30,562 bases of DNA from Octopus sinensis (lineage: Eukaryota): contig NW_021832507.1 in NCBI RefSeq assembly GCF_006345805.1, forward strand, positions 1 through 30,562. The letters run 5' to 3'. The notes beneath the pieces are model-generated. The model was not told the DNA's origin, did no database searches, and saw only the letters and a list, made by a program, of their open reading frames with translations. Both the position numbers and the translations under genes were made by a program. Positions 11,971-24,230 of the stretch are shown here, piece by piece. Positions within the stretch are counted from its first letter, which is position 1, and every line of letters begins with the position of its first letter.

Positions 11971-13202
11971 ATATATATATATATATATATATATGATATA
12001 TATATATATATATATATCTAATATATATGAAGAGAGAGGCGGGGGGAAAGAGAGGGAGAAAGAGATAGAGAGAGAATATAAACAGGTAGAGACTTTTACA
12101 GCCGTTTCTAGAATAGTTAAGCATGTGGATCATAATATTCAGTAAGGAATCCATAAGCTAAGTATACCGTCATTGGAGGGTCAGAAAAGCATAAAAAAAT
12201 AAAGAAATATCCCCAATCGAGGATATACTTTCAAGTTTGTTAAAAATCAAGGAAGTTTGTTAAAAATCAGAGTGAAACACATATGCGTTAAGAGTGCAAA
12301 CATGTTCATAATTTACTTGGTACATTCTTAAGCGTCCTTTATTGATGAGTAGATCAATTATGCAAAGACACACCCTATAATATGATTGCACCAACAAATC
12401 ACAAGAGTTTGCATAATAAATGAATTGTTAGTTATATATACACTGTTTCTGGAGAATTGAGCTTCTGTCCTGATTCAGGTCAGGAAATTTATTTAAACAA
12501 GATGGACAGTTTATTGGGAGAACTTTTCTTACATTAAAGTTGTATTTATATTTATGATATCAGGTGGCAAGGTTAATAACTAAGACATAGAAGCCTTGCA
12601 CAGGTTTTTTTTCCTAATGTTATACACGAACAATCTAGATACACCTGATCACATACATGCAAACCGATATAGAGAGTCCGATATACTTAAATTTATACAT
12701 AGACAAACACATACGCATTTGTATACATATATATGCACACATGCATATAGATAAATCTATATATACGCACACTGCACACATACATTTCCTCATGCATATC
12801 TCTATACATATATATATAAACGCATACACACAATTTTACGTATTAACGCGTAGACAAAACAAACATAGACAAACATGCGCGCACGCACACACACCACTCA
12901 AAACACAATGCAGGTGGTATAACGGATTTTTATTCTGTCAGACGGCTATTTGCAACACTAGTGAATGTTCATTTACAATTTTCTTAAAGCATTAGCGAAA
13001 GCGTTCGTCTTGGCATGAAGTTGGCTCTGAGTATATGCTACCGACAACGCCGAACGAGGTAGAAACGCATCTAGCATCCTCACCAGACGTGGCGAAGGCA
13101 ATTTTTGGCTGCCTCCGATATACAGGATGGCCCAGAAGTCACGAAGGGGTATCAACATTTAATAACTTTTTAAATACTCATTTAATTTTTATTTTATTTC
13201 AG

Positions 13203-13298
13203 ATTTATATAAAGAAGACCCGAAAGATTTAGCATGGAAAAGCCCACTATTGAATAGCGAACACATATTGTGCTTTATTAGCGAAACCAAGGATCAAT
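13203..13298 (+). CDS. Candidate internal coding exon of an unidentified host gene (DLYKEDPKDLAWKSPLLNSEHILCFISETKDQ)
   Basis: The acceptor tttaatttttattttatttcAG (13201-13202) and donor CAAT|GTATGT (13299) are strong. The exon is 96 nt, open, symmetric phase 1-1, in non-repetitive sequence. I do not recognise the protein. Confidence 0.55.
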
Positions 13299-13424
13299 GT
13301 ATGTGTGTATGTATGTATGCATGTATGTATGTATGTAATTATATGCTATATATATGTATTGTATCTCTCTGTCTGTCTCTGTTATGTATGTCTGTCTCTC
13401 TCTCTCTCTCGGTCTCTCTGTCTC

Positions 13425-13506
<82 letters not shown>

Positions 13507-14027
13507 TTATTTATATATATATATATATTCATATTAGTGTACATGGACATGTGCGTGTATGTATATATGTGTCTGTGTGTGTACCTGCTAGAAAACGCAC
13601 TGTCCATAGTGTAATTCAGACATAATAGTGATAGTTTTGCCTATTTATTAAACTATTTATACATTGCTTTAAAAACTTTATTTTGTTTTAAATAATATTT
13701 TGATTCCGTATGTCATGTCTGTCTCCTGTTACCACGACCCCAACACTTCCCTCCACTCGCCTCCAACTCGTCGTCATTGTGCAATGATGTAAAATAGGCA
13801 AAAGTTCACACAGATGGTGGCGATGGAATGTAGTTCATTTAACCAAGTCTATTTATTGTATGTAGATGGTACTTTACGGACTAACGAGGGTATCTAATGC
13901 CACTAACTGCAAACCTATGTCACAATTATCAGCAATGACACATTAAAGAGGTGTGTGATGGACTTCGAAAAAAAAAAAGGGAAAAAAGAAAAAACTCTCA
14001 CTGCAATAACCCTGTTATAAAATGCTT

Positions 14028-14713
14028 GCGTGGCTGTAGGGCAAAAGGTTTGCTTCTCAACCCCGTGGTTCCAGATTCAGTCTGACTTCGGGACACCTTG
14101 AGCAGGTGTTTTCTCCTTATAGCGCCCGACCGATTGATGCCTTGTGAGTGGATTTGGTAGACAAAAACTAAAAGAAGCTCGTCATGTGTGTGTGTGTGTG
14201 CGTGTGTGTGTGTGTGTGCGTGTGTGTGTGTGTGGTGTGTGTGTGTGTGTGTGCGTATCTACGAGGGTGTGCTGAAAAATTCCTAGATTTGGCTAAAAAA
14301 AAACCAGGAGGACCAGTTAATCATGATTTTATCACCATATTTCCCTCTCAGATTCATACACCTTTTGCAGCTGTCCTTTAGTTTTCTAAGCCCTGTAACA
14401 GAGCTCAGAAGGTCGAGCGTCCAGCCAGGCATTTCGCGATATCTTTAAAGTCTGGAACTTTTCAGCAACTCCTCGTATATATACATACTTATATATGTGT
14501 GGGGTAGAGTGTTTGTCCTACACCACCGCTTCACAACCGGTGTTAGTTTGTATATGTTCCTACAACTTAGCAGTTAGAGAAAAAGACCGATAGAATAAAT
14601 ACCAGGCTTAACAAAAATAATAATAAGTAGTGCGATAGATTCGTTCAGGAAAACCCTTCATGGCGGTGCCCCCGCACAGCCACTCTCCGGTGACGGAAAC
14701 AAGTAAAAGATAA
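14028..14713 (+). mobile_element. SINE family A (diverged), interrupted by a mariner MITE
   Basis: Head gtggctgtaggg..ggttccagattcagtc, the core ccttgtgagtggatttggtagac, and the 3' half (gaccgatagaataa...gaaacaagtaaaaga) resuming after 14477. Confidence 0.75.
14260..14477. mobile_element. Tc1/mariner-derived MITE with TA target duplication
   Basis: TAcgagggtgtgctgaaaaattcctagattt ... aaagtctggaacttttcagcaactcctcgTA form imperfect TIRs. The minus-strand interior reads CKRCMNLRGKY, like the mariner C-terminal KC...GEY. Confidence 0.8.
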
Positions 14714-15803
14714 GCATTTACTTCAAAGCAAACACGAAACTAAAGTGGTTCGCCATCACTGCTCCACGCTGCTAAACATTTTTTAGAATTTATAATTCTA
14801 AGTATGCATATGCTGAATTTCAGTGCCTACTTCTCTTCTTAATCATTCCAACAACAGCCTTTTCTCTTTTTTTTTTATCTCCTATCAAACTACGTCATAC
14901 TATTCCTTTCGGACATTTCTGATGATTGCTGGGATTGGTTCACCGCTTCTGGTATGAAACCAGTGGGTAATTTAACTATTATGAGACTATGTACATATAT
15001 ACAGTGTTGTATTAATAATGATAATAATAATAATGATACATATATACATAATACTGTGTGTGTGTACTTGTGTGTGCTTGTGTGTGTGTGCGTGCGTGTG
15101 TGTGTGTGTGTGGCATATGGGCAATATCGTTAATAAAACTGATAAATGAGATACATTTCGTGACACACCAAAAACCCGGTACATGCATATTGAACATAAT
15201 TTTTCTCTGCACGTATTACAACAATATATTTTTTAAATCATACATCGGAAACTATACTATTTAAGATCAATGTTAATAAATTACAATTTAAAAATCTACA
15301 ATCCACTGCTACGAATCGCCGCTGATATGCTTACATCAAAAGATCCAGATTTCAAAATCACTTAAAGAGCGCTTAGACTTTCAGAGTAAATATAGTTTAT
15401 ATTTGTAAAGCAATTGAGACCTCTACTAGTCAAGGCTTCACTTGTCAAAACTGACCATTCCTCAGTAACATTTTGTAAGATTTTTTCGGAAGACTAGCAG
15501 TTACCCTTATGTGCAAATTTGCCTTCTCCACGCCAATAATCGCTGAGGAATTGGGCCGGGAGAACTTGATATTAGCATCGTTGCAGCCTTGATGTTTGGT
15601 GTATAAATGAAGAAAGTCAGAATAGATACCAAAAGACATCTTTTCCGACTCTCCAACACGCGCGCGCACACACACACACACACATACATTTATATATATA
15701 TACATGTATATACATATATATCCATGTATATCTATCCACCCACCTATCTATCTGTCAGTCTGTCTGTTTCTGTCTGTCTGTCTGTCTCTTTCTGTCTGTC
15801 TGT

Positions 15804-15889
<86 letters not shown>

Positions 15890-15931
15890 ATATATATATA
15901 TATAATATATAGATAGATAGATAGATAGATA

Positions 15932-16219
15932 GATCATTGTGGATCTTAAAATGTCTTTTGAGGCCTCCATTAGATTTGCAGACCTTATGGCATTGAAATG
16001 TGTGCACAGACATATCGTCAGAATAGTTGATGGAGGTTCGTTCTCCGTGGGTTCACAAATGAGGTTTAAGTCCAGCAAAAGAAAGGCATGGTCTGTCACC
16101 AAATGTGCACACAAAAAGGCATTGTGATTCCTATTCTCGATCGTAACATTCTTTAAATCTCTCTTGAGTCTTGCATGCGTTATCCTGGCTTCAGCAAACA
16201 CTTTCACTCCACTCCACAC
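15932..16219 (-). mobile_element. 3' end of an RTE/RTE-X-like LINE with C-terminal C2H2-like fingers
   Basis: The minus strand reads WSGVKVFAEARITHARLKRDLK (RTE C-terminal helix motif). Another frame reads FVCTFGDRPCLSFAGLKPHL*TH and FQCHKVCKSNGGLKRHFKIH. The element ends in (ATCT)n. Confidence 0.65.
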
Positions 16220-16239
16220 TTTTGTATATATGTATAATG

Positions 16240-16275
<36 letters not shown>

Positions 16276-16303
16276 ATATATATATATAATATATATATAT
16301 AAT

Positions 16304-17235
16304 TGGCCGTGATCTAGTAATCTCAAGATTAATCAGCCGAAATTACTACGATGATCCGGTTCTTGACTGAAGACTGAGGGGTTCGAATGTCCTGTCCATG
16401 TTTATTGTATCGTCCTAAGAGTTATACGTTCTTGTCCATGTTGTATTTTTCTACATACCTTAACATATATCCAGGCGCCCCGTACCCCCCTTATCATTAA
16501 TGTGAACACATATTCTTAATAATTGGTACGACTCTCTGTTTGTCTCTCTCTTTTCTCTTCTATTCATCTTCTCTTTCCTCTGATCCTTTGGTCTAGTCTT
16601 CCACTACCCTCCTATTTCTTTGTCTCGCTCTGCACTCACAGGTCATTCTTCGACACCCATCCCTTCTCCTCTCTGATTCCTTCTTTCTCTCTCTTCTCTC
16701 TCTTTGTTGCGTTTTTCCCCCTTTTCTCTCTCTCTCTTCCTTGCTTCTCTTTCTTTTCTTTTCCCTCTTCTCTGTCACGTGACTGTTGGCCGAAATCTGC
16801 CTTTCAGCTCCTGACCCTCGTCGTGTTAACATCGTTGTTTTTCGTCCGCCGCTATAAAGCTTTTTCCAATGCGCCAGAGAAAAATTTGTTTGCTTGTTAT
16901 CAGTCGTAAGACACTTGTTGTTTTCACCGTTAATGCTTCTGTATTCATGTTTCTGTATTCCATTATTGTTTTTTGTTTTTTTATATCTGTCCCTTTTGCT
17001 GTCTGCTGTTGTTTTTTCGTATGCATTCGATCCTTCTTCCAGGAAATCTACGCTTCCAGCTTAGTTTTTCTTGGAGGGCTGGCCGTGATCTAGTAATCTC
17101 AAGATTAATCAGCCGAAATTACTACGATGATCCGGTTCTTGACTGAAGACTGAGGGGTTCGAATGTCCTGTCCATGTTTATTGTATCGTCTTCTAAGAGT
17201 TTACTTCTTGTCCATGTTGTATTTTTCTACATACC

Positions 17236-17238
<3 letters not shown>
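16304..17238. mobile_element. Non-coding element with 159-bp direct terminal repeats (16304-16462, 17080-17238); Penelope pseudo-LTR-like, class uncertain
   Basis: Two near-identical direct repeats, tggccgtgatctag...ctacatacctta, flank a 617-bp pyrimidine-rich interior. No credible ORF, no TG..CA ends; (TA)n on both sides. Confidence 0.7.
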
Positions 17239-17287
<49 letters not shown>

Positions 17288-17376
17288 ATATATATATATA
17301 TATATATTATACAATATATACATATATAATATATATAATATATATTATATCATATATATGTATATTAGTATATATG

Positions 17377-17407
<31 letters not shown>

Positions 17408-17408
17408 C

Positions 17409-17483
<75 letters not shown>

Positions 17484-17527
17484 TGTACATGTAATATATA
17501 TATATTATATATTATCATGCAAATGCA

Positions 17528-17565
<38 letters not shown>
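17239..17565. repeat. Long imperfect (TA)n array
   Basis: Read directly. Similar arrays occur at ~317-391, 601-910, 8711-8790, 9015-9095 and 22420-22545. Confidence 0.95.
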
Positions 17566-17567
<2 letters not shown>

Positions 17568-17925
17568 CGTTCTATTCACTTTTGTAAATATAGCACGTAA
17601 GATGATAACATTGTTTATAAGCTGGCATGTAATAAATGTATTGGCACAACAGACACAAACATTACAAATAATATACACCAAACAAACATATACACATAAA
17701 CTATCAAGACAACAGTTGAGCTGAATTAAATTTCTTCATAAACAGAAACGTGAAAGAGGAAATTGGATTGAACATGATTCAATGCAGACAACAAAAACTG
17801 TATTTTCTGGCAGTTTTAACGTTGCGATGAATACTTTACATTGGAAATGACATATTTAACCGCTCGTAGCTCTGGAGTTCTGGTAAAACGATATTTTGAG
17901 GTGAGGGAGAAGTATTTGTATCTGT

Positions 17926-18380
17926 TTATCTTTTACGTGTTTCAGTCGTTTCACTACGGCCATGTTGCGGCTCCTCGTTACAGAATTTTTAATCGAATAT
18001 ATAGACCCCATCTCAGGACTTTTTTTTTGTTGTTGTTGTTGTTTTTGAAAACCGGTACTTATTCTATCGGGGTTTTTGTTACCGAACCGATAAGTTACGG
18101 AGATGTAAACACACCAACACCGAATGTCAAGAGCTTATGGGGAACGAACACTGACACAAAAACATACACACAAACGCGCGCACGCACACATATATATATA
18201 TATACGACGGGCTTATACAACGGGCTTCTTTCAGTTCCCATCTTCCAAATCTACTCACAAGGCCTCGGTTGGACCAAGGCTTTAGCAGAAGACACTTGTC
18301 CAAGGTGTCACGCATTGAGCCTGAATCTGAAACCATGTGAGTGCGAGGGAAGCTTGTTACCACACAGCCACGTCTGTGCC
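17926..18380 (-). mobile_element. SINE family A, diverged copy
   Basis: Colinear with the other family A copies; it explains ORFs 17841-18410 and 18127-18363. Confidence 0.8.
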
Positions 18381-18489
18381 TATAATAACTTTATTTTATT
18401 TATCATTTAAATATCAAGAGGCTCTTATTAACATATTTATAACAACAAGCTTTTCAATCCTTCCTCACCACCTGTCTGATTGATATCCT

Positions 18490-19070
18490 TTCTGCTCCTA
18501 TAGTGGAGGACAGCTTCGGAAAAGCGTTGTGGTTTTCGGGACTCGTCGGGCCCTCGCCTGACGTCGTCATCCCGTATGCTTCCTCTGCATTCATCTAAGA
18601 ATTTATCAAGTGTCAAAAAAGCAATGATGATCTAAGGATTATTGTTACTTCTAGTGTTTCTTGCCGTGTTTGTTGTATTACATTAATGAGGGCGCGGTAC
18701 GCTGTGTACCTATTCAGACAACTTCGATTTAATGTAGGAAATTTTATGGAGCCAATGTTTTGAGCAAACATTTGATCACTGTATACAAATCATTTGTGCA
18801 CTTTGTTCATAAAAGAATTGTAGAATCGCCTTTCTTGTTGCTTGTCACATTGTGGTACAAACCTGTTCGTAAGCGTGTGATGCCATAATTCTATTACCTT
18901 GTCACTTCTTTGATCTTAAACACAAAGCACCCACTTCCATATTCACCGATCTGTCGATGGAGTACACATTGTGCCACCCTAATTTGGATTTTTTTCAGCT
19001 GCCCTTTTCTGAGCATATGAAATCCACATTTGTTTTTATGTTTTTTGCAAGACAGTGGTCTGTTACTTCC
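18490..19070 (-). mobile_element. Highly decayed CR1/L2-like LINE 3' region
   Basis: The minus strand has fragments such as TLDKFLDE (~18590-18613, like the terminal FK..LDKFL of CR1-group ORF2) amid multiple stops. Weak motif evidence only. Confidence 0.35.
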
Positions 19071-19090
19071 CCTAAAACTGTTCCTGTGTA

Positions 19091-19305
19091 AGGCGGTGAG
19101 CTGGCAGAATTGTTAGCACCCGGACAAAATGCTTACCAGCATTTCGTCCGTCTTTACCTTCAGAGTTCAAATTCCGCCGAGATCGACTTTGCTTTCATTC
19201 TTTCAAGGTCGATAAAATAAGTATTAGTTGAGCACTGGGGTATCGATGCAATCGACTTGCCCCTTTCTAGGAACTGCTGGCTTTGTGCCAAAATTTGAAG
19301 CCAAT
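19091..19305 (+). mobile_element. tRNA-derived SINE family B (Meta-domain-like), near full length
   Basis: Head aggcggtgagctggcaga, B box GAGTTCAAAT, core gagatcgactttgc..gtcgataaaataagta, tail ggctttgtgccaaaatttgaagccaa. Partial copies occur at ~19312-19388 (+) and ~19578-19664 (-). Confidence 0.75.
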
Positions 19306-20477
19306 ATATCTACATAAGTACCAGTTGATGTAACCGTCTTAGCCCCTCATCTGGAATTACTGGTCTTGTGCCAATATTTGAAATTAATATTAGGAGCCAC
19401 AGAGAAATTCTTGACAAGGGTCAGTTCTCAGAAAGAATACACACGCACACACATACATACACGCACACGTGCACACACACATACACGAAGACGCGCACAC
19501 ACACACATACACGCACACGCGCGCACCCATAAGGGAGATATGTTACGAAGTTACTCAGGGAAACACCCAGGAACATATATTGGTTTCAAAATTTGGCACA
19601 AGACCAGCAATTTCTGGGAGGGGGTAAGTCGATTACATCACCCGCCAATAATTGGATAAGTACCAAAGAGTTTGACCAGAACATACACAAACGCTCCCCA
19701 AAACACACACGTCCTAGTACGCGGACGTCCGCCCAACAGATTTCTCCCCACCCCACTATAAGCTCCACCACATACTGTATCCCTACACATACTGCATGCA
19801 TACATAAATGCCCTAAGAATTTAACCAAAATATAAAAGAAAGAAAATGCACTAACGAGCACAGATATGTTTAGACTCCCGCAAAGAATATACCACTACAC
19901 ACATTCCATTTCCACAGGAACACCAATCTTAAAGATACACACATTTCCAGAAAACTCTCGCCGACTTGCAACAAAACCACCAGCAATGATGTTTTTGATC
20001 CCAAGGGAAATAACTCTTAACAAACCCCTGCTCAATTCCTTTCATCATCTTTTTCACAGCAACCACAAACCAAACGTCGCTTTATTTCATTCCACAACGA
20101 CTACTTCTAAAGAGCGCAGAGTTACATAATCGGACTGTTAACTAACACACCGTTGAACCCCTATTGCGAAACCGATTGGTAAGATCGGTTGTAATAGATA
20201 TATAATACTGTACACTTCAATTAATATATATGCATATCAATAATTATATATAGACAACCCCATGAAGAAATAGAAACGAGAAGAAACAACACATGTCAAC
20301 TGAACGCGCGCGTACACACACACACACACACAACACACACACACACACACACACACACAATTACTGATGAGTTAAAATAGTTTCAAGCAAATTAGCTTGT
20401 TAGAAAATCTCTATAAGAAATGAGAGCAAGAACTATGCTGAGAAATAATTTTTATCGCCACGTAAACATGGCTGTTC

Positions 20478-20665
20478 CTAGGAAGTGACGTTACTGCTAT
20501 TCTTAACCCCCAGGAGGACGCCTCCTCCAGCTGGATATTCGATGCAATCTGAACTCAATCTATATTGCAAGCAGGGGAGAGAAACACTATCATCTTCTAA
20601 CCACGGGATCACCAGACCGTACGATCTCGACCTCTTTATGAACATCCTCGGTGGTGAATACTCGT
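20478..20665 (-). mobile_element. Fragment of a LINE AP-endonuclease domain (CR1/L2/Jockey type)
   Basis: The minus frame reads PWLEDDSVSLPCLQYRLSSDCIEYPAGGGVLLGVKNS. The WL.D...Y...D...GGGV...VK spacing matches the APE domain. This frame is not listed in the ORF track. Confidence 0.5.
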
Positions 20666-20784
20666 TCGCTAGAGATAGCAGTAATTCACTCGAGATCGCG
20701 ATATGTAGAGATCAAGTGATATACAATTACTGATCTTGGAACGAACAAATTAGCTGGTTAGAAAATCTCTATAAGGGATGAGAG

Positions 20785-21191
20785 CAGGCCCTAAGCAATT
20801 AAAAGATTTTGGTGCCCCCATAAAAGATTATGTAATTCAAAACATAAGCAATGACAAATCATAAAATAATTTTTCTATTTTTCAAAACGAAACAAAACAG
20901 TAAGAGGAAAATTAATGTTTATTTTTGTTTAATTCCACTTTATTTATATTTGAAAAGTTTCCTCCTACTTTTTTGAATTGCAAAGTCTTTGATCAGATCC
21001 TCAAAATTATTCTTAGGTAACACATCTGTGCCTTTACTTAGTAGAGATAAAGGCATCCCGAATATTATTTTAGCAAGTTTAAAGTGATTTCTTTTGTGCC
21101 GTAAACCATTTACTATTCCTGTGGTGCCCCCGCTTTCTTTTTTGATGCCCTGAGCTCGTGCTTATTTTACTTAATGGTTAATCCAGCGCCG
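20785..21191. mobile_element. hAT-like non-autonomous DNA transposon
   Basis: A perfect 8-bp direct repeat GATGAGAG lies at 20777-20784 and 21192-21199. The element begins CAGGCCC and has GC-rich subterminal ggtgcccc motifs; TIRs are imperfect. Confidence 0.6.
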
Positions 21192-21407
21192 GATGAGAGC
21201 AGTAACTAAGTATAGTTATTTCTCAGTTTCGTTTCGTTTCTCTGCTATGATGTACCATGGAACATGAATATATACATTATAATAATAAATGCGCGCGCGT
21301 GCGGGCACAAATATGTGAAAGCAAAAAGAAAGATACTTTCCTTTCATGAAACAAATCGTTTTAAAACCTAACTTCCGCAGAACAATTTGGAAGACGTCCA
21401 TACATTT

Positions 21408-21461
<54 letters not shown>

Positions 21462-22192
21462 AATGATAATCGTTACTCTATTTGTCACAAAGACGACAGA
21501 TGCAACAAGGTCAACACAAGGACAAATAGCAAAAAACCCCAGGGGGTTACATAGAATAGTGTATGAGAAAAAGAAAGCACGAAAAAGAACGTTATAAAAG
21601 TAAATAAAATAAAAAATGCAAACACGGGCAATGTCGCCTGGGGCTAATCAGAGTCATCTCCACTCCATTATAACCCCTTATGGATCATGGATTCCCCTTA
21701 ATACCATCATGGGGTGTGCTGCCTCCCTTAAGCGCCGTGTTTCTCCAAGCCAACAGACGCATACTCAAAATAGCATAATTTACTCGGCCTTTACTCCTTA
21801 CGTTCACCCACATTTCAGCAAATAAAATGGAGGCCTGCTCCACCCTCTCCATCCTCAATAGGAATATTGAATGATAGCTGTTTTTCAGATATCATGTGTA
21901 AAATGTATGTTTTGGTATGTGAATTTTTACTGCTAAGGTTTGCAGCTTTTCAGAAGTAAATATGTAGGTGGTGGTGAACTAATTTTGCTACACATACCAG
22001 TACACAATATTGTGCACATTCACACACATGCCACACATAAGTACATGCATATATAAATGCACACATATGGATATTAATATATACCCCCACACACACATAC
22101 ACATGCTCACATATAGATATCTTTATTTACATACATATGTTTGTGTATACACATACAGCGTGAATGCGTTTGCATGCATGTATATAGTCAAG

Positions 22193-22315
<123 letters not shown>

Positions 22316-22418
22316 CATATACATGTATACATACATATATATCATCTATACACACAAATACATAATCATGTAATATATATATATACGTTATATGCATATG
22401 TGTAGATTTATATATGCA

Positions 22419-22515
<97 letters not shown>

Positions 22516-22885
22516 ATATATTATATATATATTATATATATATATGCATATATGTGTGTATATACATATATGTATAACACATATGAAATTGTGTGTGTGT
22601 GTGCATGAGTACATTACATAGAAGTAATTAGGTATTGCCTATGTGCGTATCATTTATGTGTGCATCATACCACCCGCGCTGTGTTTCTCTCTGTAAACAC
22701 CCTGCTTACTACGCAGACAACCAACCACGACATGCAGAACTTCGTTCCCAAGACTGACGACGCCCTTTCCTATACGTATCCTCATGACTTTCTGTCTTGA
22801 GTATAGCCCACAACAAAATGTATACAAATATCCAAGCTACACTAAGCTCAACATCCACTATTAAATCATTATTATTGTTGTTATT

Positions 22886-22927
<42 letters not shown>

Positions 22928-22960
22928 GCTGTTGTTATTATTATTATTGTTTTTATTAAT

Positions 22961-23582
22961 GCGGCGAGCTGTCAGGATCGGAAGCACACCGGGCGAAATG
23001 TTTAGCGGTATTTCTTCTGCCGTTACATTCTGAGTTCAAATTCCGCCAAGGTCGACTTTGCCTTTCATCCTTTTGGGGTCGATTAAATAAGTACCAGTTA
23101 CGCACTGGGTCGATGTAATCGACTTAATCTGTTTGTCCCTTCTGTGTTTAGCTCCATGTCGGTAGTAAAGAAATAGGCATTTCGTCTGCTGCTACGTGCT
23201 GAGTTCAAATTCCGCCGAGGTCGACTTTGCCTTTCATCCTTTTGGGGTCGATTAAATAAGTACCAGTTACGCACTGGGGTCGATATAATCGACTTAATCC
23301 GTTTGTCTGTCCTTGTTTGTCCCTTCTGTGTTTAGCCCCATGTGGGTAGTAAAGAAATAGGCATTTCGTCTGCTGCTACGTGCTGAGTTCAAATTCTGCC
23401 GACGTCGACTTTGCTTTTCATCCTTTCGGGGTCGATTAAATAAGTACCAGTTACGCACTGGGGTCGATATAATCGACTTAATCCGTTTGTCTGTCCTTGT
23501 TTGTCCCCTCTGTGTTTAGCCCCTTGTGGGCAGTAAAGAAATAGGTATTTCGTCTGACGCTACGTTCTGAGATCAAATTCCG
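22961..23582 (+). mobile_element. SINE family B head followed by a head-to-tail array of ~3.2 body units
   Basis: Units start at ~23007, 23176, 23360 and 23544 (169, 184, 184 bp, then partial). Each carries GAGTTCAAAT or a close variant. Confidence 0.9.
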
Positions 23583-24199
23583 TATATTTTGCAACTCTAG
23601 ACTTGTTTTTTTTTTAAAAGAAATCCACAAGTCTGTCTACGAGTGCCTGTGAATCGGCGATCGCGTCTACAAGCGATGGTGTGCGCGAGTTTAGCGCGAG
23701 TGAAAGTGATTCAGAAAACGATTATAATAATATTTCTTATTATAAACGATCTTGACATTCTTTTTTATTTACTTCAGATATTCTTTATATCCTACTGTTG
23801 TTTTATTGCCATTTATTTACGAGTGTTATAAGATTTATAACATTACTACTAGGGAAAATTATTGCTCTGCTTTACGAGTTTTCGCTTTACGAGCGGTCTC
23901 CGGGAACAAATTTTGTGGTTTTGTTACACGTATTTTTATTTTTACTGTTTTCGTTTTTAAGTCAGTGAGACGCGGGTCATGTTATACAGAGGTCATTCAT
24001 AGGTCAGTACATGGCTTAAATAGCGCGTTTATATTGTGCTACTTTACGTGGTCTGGCAAACATACACGCCTACGCACAGACATGCATACTTATACACTTA
24101 GTAAATACGGCAATATACAAAAGCCAAACTTGCGCACTCATACACGTATGCACGTTCGGTTGTGTGTGCGCGTGTGTGTGTGTGTGTATGTGTGTGTGT

Positions 24200-24230
<31 letters not shown>

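Noticed and set aside
12102-12141. 40-nt exon candidate (AG...TTCA|GTAAGG)
   Set aside because: Purine-rich, weak acceptor, and its only plausible frame is phase-incompatible with the 13203 exon.
15445-15705. Minus-strand ORF with a possible donor AAGG|GTAACT
   Set aside because: Poor acceptor, no recognisable family, and the ORF starts in a microsatellite.
16304-16400. Hammerhead ribozyme in the 159-bp repeat (GAAA at 16339, CTGAAGA at 16367-16373, hairpin tagtaat/attacta)
   Set aside because: Stems I and II do not form in the required register in either topology. Only the 7-bp hairpin is supported.
22961-23582. CRISPR array or retrozyme interpretation of the ~184-bp tandem units
   Set aside because: There are no unique spacers and no CUGANGA/GAAA core on either strand. 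The units are SINE bodies.
23860-23910. pogo/Tigger-like subterminal gctttacgag repeats
   Set aside because: No matching TIR pair or TA duplication was found.
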